Positions 47,264 through 56,459 of a stretch of DNA of 64,000 bases are shown piece after piece. Source of the stretch: an uncultured virus (IMG/VR IMGVR_UViG_3300030104_005222) (taxonomy: Duplodnaviria > Heunggongvirae > Uroviricota > Caudoviricetes); the IMG/VR virus record IMGVR_UViG_3300030104_005222, positions 1-64,000 of that record. One strand, 5' to 3'. Each line of letters opens with the position of its first letter. The first letter of the stretch is position 1. Under the pieces are notes generated by a model that saw only the letters and a list, made by a program, of their open reading frames with translations, was not told the DNA's origin and searched no databases. Position numbers and translations under genes: made by a program.

Positions 47264-49649
47264 CTACTCAGTTTTTTTCGGTTTAGGTCGTTCACGCGGA
47301 GTGCCCTGACGCTCTGCACGAGACGTACCCTCAGTCGATCGGCTAAACTCACCAGGAGTACCAGGAGTACGAGAACGTCGAATGTTACTGCGTGCAATCT
47401 GGCCCTTCTGCTCCGCTTCGGCTATACGGCGAAGATTTTCTTTCAGCATCTCTAACTGGTATGGGTCACCAAACTGACTCTGCGAGACCATTTGCTGAAT
47501 CTCAGACTCAGATGGTCCCTCAAAATCGTCATAGTCAACCATCTCATCAGAATCGGCCCCACGGCTGACAATCGGGTTAGTCCTATTGGGTAGTTCGTTT
47601 TTGACAAGTCGGTTACCTACAAGCTCGTATTTAGCATAATATTGATTCTGAAATACCTGCATAAATCGCTTATGATTATGACCATAACTCATGCCGTCCA
47701 TCAACAATTGTTTCGACAGGACGAGATCGTCTTTATAATCATCGAACATATCTTCTAATGCCAAATATTGTGCGCGCATGGTTACGTGGTCAGTCGACTC
47801 TTTTGACATCCGATCGAAGCCCTCTTTTATTTTCTGGACTACCGGATTCTTGTAAAAATCGGGTCTCGTTATCTCATCCATCAAAGCTCTCTCAAGCTTT
47901 AGACCAAAATTCTCAGTCTTAACATCCAAGCCCATTACCTTGTCAATCGAAGTAAAATCGACACGATTCTTTTCTGCCTCATTCGCAAACCTAATAAGTT
48001 GGTCTCCGACTATTGAGTTCCTTGACTCATCATAAAATCGCCCACCATCGCCTGTAAAGAACGGACTTTCAAGCTCAAGCCTTAGTTCGTCGGCTCTCTC
48101 AAGAGCAAATGTGTTGATTTCATTTGGATAATTGGAATACGCCGATTGCAAATAATCATCGTACTCTTTTTTAAGTGTGTTTCTTTTGGTCGTCAGATAC
48201 GAATTTAACTGATTTAAAAAATCCGTATCAAGCCCGCGACTTTCGATCATATTAACGAAACCCGGATTGTCGAACTCCTTAGGCGTACCCACCGGACGAT
48301 CTAAAAGTTCTTTACCCGACGCGCCTCGAAGGTGACGAGGAATCTTAAAACCTGATTTTTGGGCTTTGTCCAAGAGGTTTTTATGCGGGAAAAGATCCTC
48401 AACTTCACCGCCGCCTGGGGTGCCGCCGCCTGGGGTGCCGCGTGGGACATATGACCCTTCATGCCTAAGTTCCGCTTCTCGTTCTGCCTTTGCGACATAA
48501 TACTCATTGGCGAGACTCTGTCTCTCCTTCGACAACTTTTCATACTCATTAGAAATTTCTATGTCGTCAAGTTGACGGCCCCCCGCATCTTTACCTGTAG
48601 AGCGCAATAGATCTTCGCGCTTATCGATACTTTCGAGATCGTCATAAAATCTGCTTGATAACTCACCAAAGTTGGTGTCTTCTGCCATGTCTGTTCGAAG
48701 TTCGTCTATGAACCTCTCATGACCTTCAGAAAACCTCGACATTGGTTGGTTAGATCGGGACATATGCATGTAGCCCGGTGGCTCCATAGAACCCCTACGA
48801 TCGAACTCGGCTGCGGCCTCTAGATCGACGTTGGGGTCCGGCCTTGACATGCCTTGCTGCATCGGATCTTCTATGGGGCGACTCTTTGCATATTCAACCA
48901 TATGATCATCTTCGATCATCGCGATCTCACGCCGGACCTGCATGTCGTCTGTGACCTTTACTTCATCTACACGCTTCGCAAGGTCTTCCAACTTCTTAGC
49001 GGCTTCGTCAGGGATCTCTTCTCCTGCTTCAGCGGCACTCTTCAACCAACCCTTGGACATGGATTTACCCAACGTCTGTAGGACTGCAGGCGCAAGGATC
49101 AGACCGCCATACAGAGCGGCAGNNNNNNNNNNACAAGGCAGCATCACCAATGGTGGAAAACGGCTCTGCCATGCCCTCAGAAGCCTCTGTAGCCGCCGTC
49201 CGGATTGCTTCCCGGTCTCCAGACATTACCTTTTTAGCAAACTCAAGAGACCCCTTAGGGTCCGCCTGAATCGCCGCTTTAGTTCGTGGGACCACCGTAG
49301 CGGCGTCAATCAAAGCACCACCAACCGTCTTACCTAACTCAGGTAAAACTTCGGCTTCTTTAAACATCTCTTTCGCCGTATCCTTAACTGATTTTTTAAC
49401 GCCCCTATAAGTGTCTCCGATAACGTCGTCCGCATAGCGAGGGAACTTCCGCTGAAATGACGGAGCAAAATCTTCACGCTCATCAATTGCTTTCTTAAAG
49501 GCTCGCCGTTGCGGCAAACTCATACCACGAGGCATCTTGTAGCCACGGTAATCTTCACGAGACTCAAACTCTTTTCGTGCATCAGGATCGGGAGCCGCAA
49601 TCTCGTCGTCAGGCTTAGGGGGAAGATCGCTGCGGATTTCGTCGGACAT
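47264..49649 (-). CDS. large hypothetical protein interrupted by an assembly gap (N run 49123-49132)
   Basis: ORF 49649->gap (...IGDAAL) and ORF gap->47264 (AALYGGLILAP...) are each open right up to the Ns. Confidence 0.6.
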
Positions 49650-49657
49650 GACTACCC

Positions 49658-50254
49658 CTACTTTGTAGGTGCGGCTGGTGTAGGTGCGATTGCATCATTC
49701 AGCATATCGAGAACCTTCATAAGCCCTTCTGGTGGGCCGTCATCACGAGCTACTACCTTTACGTCGTACTTGGCACTGTTGTCTGATGCGCGGGTATTCT
49801 CGCTGTGATTGGCTACAGATCCGTGCACCGTCACTTCACAACTAAACAGCCCAGCATTGTACTTGGCTTTAGCTGTGAGGTCAGCCTTGCTGTCTGAAGT
49901 GGTCTTGGTTGAAGTAGAAGACTTCACTTCCATGGTGAAGTTGACATCTACTTCTTTCACAGACAAAGCGGGTGGATTCAACAGCGCAAGTGACGGAACC
50001 TTGAGGTTTGTCTTTTGCATTGTTGTGTTGCCCGCAGCATCCTGTACCGGCTTCTCAAAGCTGAAGTCTACGGTGCGTGCCGTAAGGTTGCCCTTACCAT
50101 CATCGTTCATTCCGACGTCGTTAATGAAGTCGGCTGATGCCTTAGCAAGAAGCACTTGAGCGTTACACGCAGCTTTGAGTGGTCCACCAATGAGTTGTTC
50201 CATCGGAAGGCCACCAAACTGTGATGACATTTGTACAAGGCCGGAATCCGCCAT
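49658..50254 (-). CDS. DUF2589-like protein
   Basis: F.GLPME.LIGGPL.AA..AQ..LA....FI..VG; VP.LALL..P.L.V..VDVNF.MEV; R.SDNSAKY.V.V.A....PEGL.KVLD.L. Confidence 0.8.
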   Translation of the reverse strand: MADSGLVQMSSQFGGLPMEQLIGGPLKAACNAQVLLAKASADFINDVGMNDDGKGNLTARTVDFSFEKPVQDAAGNTTMQKTNLKVPSLALLNPPALSVKEVDVNFTMEVKSSTSTKTTSDSKADLTAKAKYNAGLFSCEVTVHGSVANHSENTRASDNSAKYDVKVVARDDGPPEGLMKVLDMLNDAIAPTPAAPTK

Positions 50255-50273
50255 GATGTTCTCCTAAGCGTAT

Positions 50274-50525
50274 TTAAGCTTGATTAGGTTTTATTGAGCC
50301 TTTTTGTATGTTGTCTTCTTGCGCAGCTTTCGCGGCATCTTTCGCGGCCTCACGCTTCTTTTTTGTAGAAATGCCTTTGTCTTGAGGGCGGGCTTTACGT
50401 TGTAATTGACGTTTTTTACGTGCGATTACTTTTTCTGCCGTCTCACCCTTGGGTGGCACAGCTTGACCTGCGGCCATAATAGTGCTGATGGTTTCTCCAG
50501 CCGTTTTTTTCGGGGGGTAAGCCAT
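50274..50525 (-). CDS. small basic protein
   Basis: AGGAG RBS, Lys/Ala-rich. Confidence 0.55.
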   Translation of the reverse strand: MAYPPKKTAGETISTIMAAGQAVPPKGETAEKVIARKKRQLQRKARPQDKGISTKKKREAAKDAAKAAQEDNIQKGSIKPNQA

Positions 50526-50534
50526 GATGCACTC

Positions 50535-51029
50535 CTATGGAAGCAGTTTGATTAGTTGATCGTCGATTCTTGCATAACCTTCTGGGGGCTCGCTGCCTTT
50601 GAAGATCAGCTTTAGTTTAGCAGCATTGTTTTCTTTTTTGAACCATGATGGTGTATTAGCGCATGGCCTCACCATTAACTTACCTTTTTTCTTGTCCGCA
50701 GTGAGGCCAGAAATCTCAACAGACATTTCAACTTCAAGTGTATCAACACGCAAACTTTGACCCGTCGTAAGCGACTGGAGCGGGACCTGAATTCTTTTTT
50801 GTACCAGTACTCCATCTTCCCATGTTGGGAGTTCCATGACGACCATACGAGGTGCATATATGTGTCTTCCGTCGTCATCTGTAATCGGGTCACCTTTTTC
50901 ATCGACCTTTAGCTCCCAAAACTCTTGACTCGTAATTGAGTCAAGCTCATGCCTTTCAGCGATATCGGTCGCAGCTATAACCGCTGATTGTATGGAATGA
51001 ACGATGTCGTCTAAAGAATGATCCGCCAT
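50535..51029 (-). CDS. DUF2589-like protein (second, shorter type)
   Basis: L.DIV..IQ.AV..A...; VPL.SL....SL.VD.LEVEM; ..KL.FKGSEPPEG..RI.D. Confidence 0.7.
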   Translation of the reverse strand: MADHSLDDIVHSIQSAVIAATDIAERHELDSITSQEFWELKVDEKGDPITDDDGRHIYAPRMVVMELPTWEDGVLVQKRIQVPLQSLTTGQSLRVDTLEVEMSVEISGLTADKKKGKLMVRPCANTPSWFKKENNAAKLKLIFKGSEPPEGYARIDDQLIKLLP

Positions 51030-51302
51030 CTAAGCCTCAGGTGTTTCGGCAAAGAATAAATCAGCGGCTCTATCGAGTAATTCATTCGCAGCTTCAAACT
51101 CGTCATCACCTACGCCGATTGCAATTCGGGCATTCATTAACCAAAGAGACATGACAACATCAGACTCGCATTCGATCTTTTCTATTTGAATATCGTCTTC
51201 TACAAAGCCAATTTCCATCAACCCCTCAAATAGTTTATCGAGGTAGATTTCGGCAGCTTCATCTGAAGTAATTCCAAATCCCATGTCCAAAGCGTAACTC
51301 AT
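51030..51302 (-). CDS. small highly acidic protein
   Basis: 90 aa; about 23 D/E versus 4 K/R; ATGA coupling to the HTH gene. Confidence 0.6.
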   Translation of the reverse strand: MSYALDMGFGITSDEAAEIYLDKLFEGLMEIGFVEDDIQIEKIECESDVVMSLWLMNARIAIGVGDDEFEAANELLDRAADLFFAETPEA

Positions 51303-51598
51303 CGTTTTGACCACCGTCCTGGCCCACTGCGCGCATCGATTCGAGCACGCTCACCGAGGTCAACTAAATGCGCCACCCAACTTTCGTATCGGACAGGCTC
51401 AGGTGTACCGACTTTAGGTGACGACGAAAATGCTTCAGCTAAACCCTTGACGTGACGCATCGTGGGTAGTCGAGAACCTGACTCGATTCGACTTACTTCA
51501 GACTGACTTAGGCCCGACGACCGCGCCAAATCAGCCAAAGTCCATCGCCGACTTTCTCTCGCCTGCCGCATAAATCTTGAGAATGCACTTGAACTCAT
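51299..51598 (-). CDS. XRE-family helix-turn-helix regulator
   Basis: MRQARESRRWTLADLARSSGLSQSEVSRIESGSRLP. Confidence 0.9.
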   Translation of the reverse strand: MSSSAFSRFMRQARESRRWTLADLARSSGLSQSEVSRIESGSRLPTMRHVKGLAEAFSSSPKVGTPEPVRYESWVAHLVDLGERARIDARSGPGRWSKR

Positions 51599-51654
51599 AC
51601 CAACTCCTTGACCGCAACGGTAACGTAAAAATAACTATACGTCAAATAATGTCC

Positions 51655-51683
51655 TTGACACGGTGTCATGGTGTCATTAAGCT
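51655..51683 (+). promoter_or_regulatory. sigma70-like promoter of the replication operon
   Basis: TTGACA-N17-TAAGCT, with an ATG 7 nt downstream. Confidence 0.6.
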
Positions 51684-51690
51684 GCGTGAC

Positions 51691-53613
51691 ATGACCCCAC
51701 AACCACACATTAGATTTTTTGTCGTACCTGAAGACAACTTTGATTTTCTCATCTCAATCGAGACGTTGGTTCCTGGTACGCTTGTCTACGGAAAGAAAAG
51801 TCACGGACGAAAGGCACGACTAAAAAACGTAGCGTTTGACGTCCGAGAGGAATTAGTGTCATGCGAAATTTACGTGCCTCTGCACGCGGGGTGGCTCGTC
51901 GAGTCTTTGTTCATACACAACTCGGTGCGCTACACATTGTCTCCATCGGGCATCGATGGCATCAACGGATGGTCGAACGAAACAAGCGTAAGAAAGTCAC
52001 TCGAAGAAAGCGGAAAACTTATCGCACAAAGTCTCGTACAAAGAGGTGAGTTGAGAGAGCACGTGATGGACCTGGCTACTCCCTATCAGTTTATGGGTAT
52101 CGAATGGGCTCGAACACGCCCTTGGGTAATGAACGTATGGGCTTGTGGGTCAGGTAAAACGCTCGGTGCAATTATGTCTTCTATGACACGTTCCGGTGCG
52201 ATACTTGTCGTTTGCCCCGCTAAAGCACGTCATGTATGGTGGAGCCAAGTACAGGAGTACACAAACCTGAAGCCTTACCGGGTGAAGCCCGTATCCGAAG
52301 TCAGGAAAAAAGATCAGTCATTCTCAGATTACTTAGAGGAATGCGGTCAAAATCGACAACGTCCGTTTGTCGTTATCGGGTCAGAGTCATTGGCCGACAA
52401 CATTCAAATTGCTCGCCAGCTTCAGCCCAAGGTCATCATCTTAGACGAGATTCATACTCACGGAAGTCGCAAACGTTGGACTGCTATTCAGGAGGCTGAC
52501 GGTTCTGTGTCGTTCGAAAAACGCAAAACTGCGGCAAGCAGTCGCTCTAACTCTGCAATCAATCGCGAGAATCGGGCGGTGGCTGCGATGGACCTGAGTC
52601 GTATGAGTAGTGTTGAGTTGCGAATCGGGCTGACAGCCACGCCATTGGATGACGGCAGGCCCCGAAGGTTGTGGTCCCAGCTTGACTTGCTGGCTCCTGG
52701 CGGCTTCTCCCACAGCTATTCTAATTTTGCGCATCGTTATTGTGCGGCACGGCCCGGCACATTTGGTGGGCTCGATGACACTGGCTCCAGCAACATTGAC
52801 GAATTGAAGGCGCGATGTTCTTTTCTGGTGCACGAAGTACCGTATTCGGAGTCACATGCAGAGTTGCCTGACACTCGTGTGCAGGTTGCCTACCTTAGCT
52901 CAACAGAACTGAACCGACCTGAGCGTTGGAGTGACGACGAAACATTTGGTCAAGCCATGAGAGGTTTTGTTCGTGAGGCACGAGTGAATCCTCTGGCACG
53001 AGAAAGGGTTGTTGAGGCCCGGTTATCCGAGGCGTGTAGTCGGAAACGTAAGTATGTAGTTGGAGAGGCGATAGAAGGTTTGAAGGGCGGGGGTAAGGTA
53101 GTAATCTTTACGTCGCGTCGACGTGAGACAGAGTTGTGGGAGCATGACTTGCGTCGGGCGTTGAAACGTGGGGATGAAGCCTTAGGCGAGGTCTCAGTTT
53201 GGATGGCACACGGGGGTGTTCCCGAATCCGAGCGGGATGCAATGGTCGATGCGTTTAGGGACTCGAACGGTCCCTGCTGTCTTATCGCAACAGGACAGAG
53301 CGTCGGCACAGGTGTGGATGGTATGCAGACTGCGGACCTCGCCATTTTCGCTATGTTGCCCTGGAAACCTGGAGACTTTGTCCAGTGGAAGGGTAGGTTT
53401 GACCGACTTGGTGGTAGCCCTACGCTACTAAAAGTCGTGGTTGCTCAGGGTACATACGACGAAAGGGTCGTTGAGATTTTAGTCGAGAAGTTTGGTCCCA
53501 TTGAGACGTTCTTAAAGGCGGATGAGCTTGAAGGTTTGGGCGACAAATTGCTTGGTATGGAAGATGAACAAGCTCTTGTAAGCAGCATTATCAGCAAATT
53601 GGAGGTCGCGTAA
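51691..53613 (+). CDS. SNF2-like superfamily 2 helicase
   Basis: GSGKT, VVCP, ILDEIH, GLTATP, GTGVDG, QWKGRFDRLG. Confidence 0.9.
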   Translation: MTPQPHIRFFVVPEDNFDFLISIETLVPGTLVYGKKSHGRKARLKNVAFDVREELVSCEIYVPLHAGWLVESLFIHNSVRYTLSPSGIDGINGWSNETSVRKSLEESGKLIAQSLVQRGELREHVMDLATPYQFMGIEWARTRPWVMNVWACGSGKTLGAIMSSMTRSGAILVVCPAKARHVWWSQVQEYTNLKPYRVKPVSEVRKKDQSFSDYLEECGQNRQRPFVVIGSESLADNIQIARQLQPKVIILDEIHTHGSRKRWTAIQEADGSVSFEKRKTAASSRSNSAINRENRAVAAMDLSRMSSVELRIGLTATPLDDGRPRRLWSQLDLLAPGGFSHSYSNFAHRYCAARPGTFGGLDDTGSSNIDELKARCSFLVHEVPYSESHAELPDTRVQVAYLSSTELNRPERWSDDETFGQAMRGFVREARVNPLARERVVEARLSEACSRKRKYVVGEAIEGLKGGGKVVIFTSRRRETELWEHDLRRALKRGDEALGEVSVWMAHGGVPESERDAMVDAFRDSNGPCCLIATGQSVGTGVDGMQTADLAIFAMLPWKPGDFVQWKGRFDRLGGSPTLLKVVVAQGTYDERVVEILVEKFGPIETFLKADELEGLGDKLLGMEDEQALVSSIISKLEVA

Positions 53614-53786
53614 TGGATTTAAGTGACGAAAGGTTTCACCGTAAACGTGTACCGTGGAAAGCCTTGACCCGAGAGGGTGTTCAACCGCGAGAAGTTTTAG
53701 TCGAAGCGCAGAAGAAGGGTTTGTGGAAACTGGCAATAAGTGCCAAGCAAAGGCTCGACAATGAAAAGCGAGGCTCCAGCCTGTGA
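53613..53786 (+). CDS. small hypothetical protein (57 aa, MDLSDERFHRKRVPW...)
   Basis: Read manually; GGAGG RBS; start and stop overlap both neighbours. Confidence 0.55.
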   Translation: MDLSDERFHRKRVPWKALTREGVQPREVLVEAQKKGLWKLAISAKQRLDNEKRGSSL

Positions 53787-54769
53787 AAAAGTTACTTATT
53801 GATGCGGGGCGAAGTAGTCGAGGGTGGTCGCGGATTGGTTCATTCTTCCGTTGTCCTCAGTTGTTTGCCTATCAAAACAGGCTCGACATGAGTTTGATTC
53901 CTGCCGATGCCTTGACTCGTGGAAGCATGGGTCACGTTATCCAAGCGCATCAGCATGCAATCTGGGGAGCCTCTACCTCTTCCGGTGTGTGGGTCGATGA
54001 GACATGGCACGATGATCCCAGCGTCTTTTTGGAACCTGAAGAGGCCATACAAATGTGGTGCGACACCAATGGTGGGCATCAGCACCTTGATAGAATGATT
54101 GAAACGTTTCATCAGTACATGGAAAGGTACCCAGAGTGTCCAGGTGATGTGATTGCCGTAGAGTACCCAATCACAGCCGTGCTGGGTGAGCGTGACAATC
54201 AATGGGGTTTGTGGGTTGTACACCCAGAAGAGCAAGACTTCAACCGTAAAGCGTACACTGTGAAGGCGTGGGATGGGTCTGTGATAAAACCATCGCCTCT
54301 CAACTGTCCTGGTCATCCTAACGCAGGTGAGGCTGTTGTGCTGACTCGAAGGCTCGACATGGTGATTCGTGACCGAGGCGGCAAGATTTTTATCTGGGAT
54401 CATAAACATCAGGCTCGTGTTCAAGCCAACAAAAGTGTCGACGGGTACGCAATCGACGGTGGTTTTGCCGCGTTTAGAATCATGGGTAAACAACTTTACG
54501 GTAGTGACTTTGGTGGAGTTGCGTTGAATCTGATTCAAACTCAAGCGCCGTGGACTGTGGCTCGACCTATCGTACCGTCAACACCACACCGAGACAGTCA
54601 CTTTGCTGACATGCTTTGGCGAGCCGAGCACTCACTTGCTCGATTAGATTTAGAGCTTCCAAACTTTTGGGACTGGCCAAAGGTTCAACACGAGACAATG
54701 TGTGTCGGTAGATACGGCACATGCCCCGCGATCAAAATGTGCTTTTACGGTGAAGCAGCCAAAAATTGA
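53783..54769 (+). CDS. PD-(D/E)XK exonuclease, Cas4/AddB-like with probable Fe-S cysteines
   Basis: RCPQ, RG..GH, RLDMV...IWDHK, C-terminal C....CP....C. Confidence 0.8.
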   Translation: MKKLLIDAGRSSRGWSRIGSFFRCPQLFAYQNRLDMSLIPADALTRGSMGHVIQAHQHAIWGASTSSGVWVDETWHDDPSVFLEPEEAIQMWCDTNGGHQHLDRMIETFHQYMERYPECPGDVIAVEYPITAVLGERDNQWGLWVVHPEEQDFNRKAYTVKAWDGSVIKPSPLNCPGHPNAGEAVVLTRRLDMVIRDRGGKIFIWDHKHQARVQANKSVDGYAIDGGFAAFRIMGKQLYGSDFGGVALNLIQTQAPWTVARPIVPSTPHRDSHFADMLWRAEHSLARLDLELPNFWDWPKVQHETMCVGRYGTCPAIKMCFYGEAAKN

Positions 54770-54833
54770 CCGACAAATCGAATCACTTTTTGTTACCCTT
54801 CTTTACCCAAAGCCAAATCAACCTGGAGAATCC

Positions 54834-55814
54834 ATGACATCTAAGAATGTTTTGCCGACCGTAATGGTTACGGTTTACGGCAAACCGAAACAAAAGAAAA
54901 CGAGTGACGCACTGGCAGCGTTTCCTACTGCATTGTTTTGCGGTGTACCTTCTGCGATCACGTTGGTCGCACAAAACGAGTTGGGATTTACCCCAACGGT
55001 TCATCCTGATTCACCGAGAAACTTGGGTCAGCTTTCTGCAATGCTCCGCGCTCTTGGTCAGTCGGATAAAGCTAAACAGTACGGCGCTGTCGTTATCGAC
55101 GACTTTAGCCATCTCTGCCAGCAGTCAATGTCTGAATGGACTGAAGAGGCTCCGACGGGCCGTAGTGGTAAGAAGGACCGTTTCTACCCCTATCAGCAAC
55201 TTAATCAGCACTTATTAGAAATTGCGCAGGCTTCCCGTCATTTGGGTGTACACCTTTTGATGAACTTTCATGAACGCACGCCAGGCACAAATGCTGACGG
55301 TCGGTTCTGTCCTGGTGGTCCTGACGTGCCGTCACGTAATCAGGTAGAAACATTACCTTCATGGTGCGACATAAATGTACGCGCAATGATTGATCCTAAT
55401 TATCCAGACCCTTGGTTCCCCAGTATTTACTACTGCGATCCAACTGACCCTGAATGGGTAACGGGTGATCGTACCGGCGTGTGTACCAAGAAAACACCTG
55501 GAAACATTAGAGAGATCTTGCGCGCTAGCGAAAGCAACTATCAGCTTGAACGACTGCCAGGACTTGAATGGCAAGATGATGTTGCAGAGTCTGTGGCACA
55601 AGATATGTTGAACGGCGTTGCTGTTCAGGATGCAATCCAATCAGCAATTTCAGGTCGGACTGAACACCAATTACATTTACGTTGGGCGTGCCAAGATGGC
55701 ATTGCTCGTGGTGTTTTGTTGCAGCAAGCAAAGCGTTCGTTGTTTGAGTTCCAAGAAAAGGAACAGAACACAAGCAACTCGCCAAGTCTTCCTCCACCGC
55801 CCCCATCAAAGTAG
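54834..55814 (+). CDS. Sak4/AAA_24-like P-loop recombination ATPase
   Basis: VYGKPKQKKTS, VVIDDFS, FHE; lies between the nuclease and the SSB-like gene. Confidence 0.7.
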   Translation: MTSKNVLPTVMVTVYGKPKQKKTSDALAAFPTALFCGVPSAITLVAQNELGFTPTVHPDSPRNLGQLSAMLRALGQSDKAKQYGAVVIDDFSHLCQQSMSEWTEEAPTGRSGKKDRFYPYQQLNQHLLEIAQASRHLGVHLLMNFHERTPGTNADGRFCPGGPDVPSRNQVETLPSWCDINVRAMIDPNYPDPWFPSIYYCDPTDPEWVTGDRTGVCTKKTPGNIREILRASESNYQLERLPGLEWQDDVAESVAQDMLNGVAVQDAIQSAISGRTEHQLHLRWACQDGIARGVLLQQAKRSLFEFQEKEQNTSNSPSLPPPPPSK

Positions 55815-55863
55815 ATTCAACCCCCGGTCATACTGACCATCAACACAAAAAACGGAGCCAATA

Positions 55864-56457
55864 ATGGGCATCAAAATTTCAGGTAACGCATTTCAAGGTA
55901 TTAGTTCTTTGGGGTCATCGGTCCCAGAGCCGGGCGTTTACCCTGTATCAATCGTAAAGATTGAGACTGGCGCAAATGACAAGCCAGGTACTCGTCGTAT
56001 CCACGTACAATTTGAGGGTGGTTTCAAGATGTTTACCTTCTTGAGTATTCCTTACGACGACAACGGAAACATTCTTCCTGGTCTTACTGACAAGCAAGTG
56101 CGTGGTCGCATGGCGGCTTTGCGCACAATCCTTGAGTCGCTTGGTTACACCAAGGAGAACATTGAGACTGCCACTGAGATCAATGACTCATGGTTCCTTT
56201 CGAGCATGAACAATGGTCGCGTTGCTTATGTCGAGTTTGAGCCAGGCCAAAAAGGTGTGCCCGGTTCATACAACGAGATTCGACGATTCCTCAACAAGTC
56301 TCAGTTTGATCACCTCAATGAGGTTCTGGAGTCTGAAGCTCCAGCGCCCGCCAAGGTTGAAACTGCACAAGCGGCACCGACTAACGGCGCACCAGTACCT
56401 CCCGCAGGTGTTGCTCTGCCCCCTCCTGTTAGCTCAGCACAAGGTATCGTAAGCTAA
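55864..56457 (+). CDS. putative single-stranded DNA-binding protein
   Basis: VPEPGVYPVSIVK start, YNEI..F, flexible Pro/Ala tail; typical synteny after a Sak4-like gene. Confidence 0.6.
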   Translation: MGIKISGNAFQGISSLGSSVPEPGVYPVSIVKIETGANDKPGTRRIHVQFEGGFKMFTFLSIPYDDNGNILPGLTDKQVRGRMAALRTILESLGYTKENIETATEINDSWFLSSMNNGRVAYVEFEPGQKGVPGSYNEIRRFLNKSQFDHLNEVLESEAPAPAKVETAQAAPTNGAPVPPAGVALPPPVSSAQGIVS

Positions 56458-56459
56458 AG

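Noticed and set aside
49065..49150. Programmed frameshift or two overlapping genes
   Set aside because: The frame change coincides with a 10-N scaffold gap of unknown true length
53783..54769. Cas4 as evidence of a CRISPR system
   Set aside because: No other cas genes or array; context is the usual phage nuclease-Sak4-SSB recombination module
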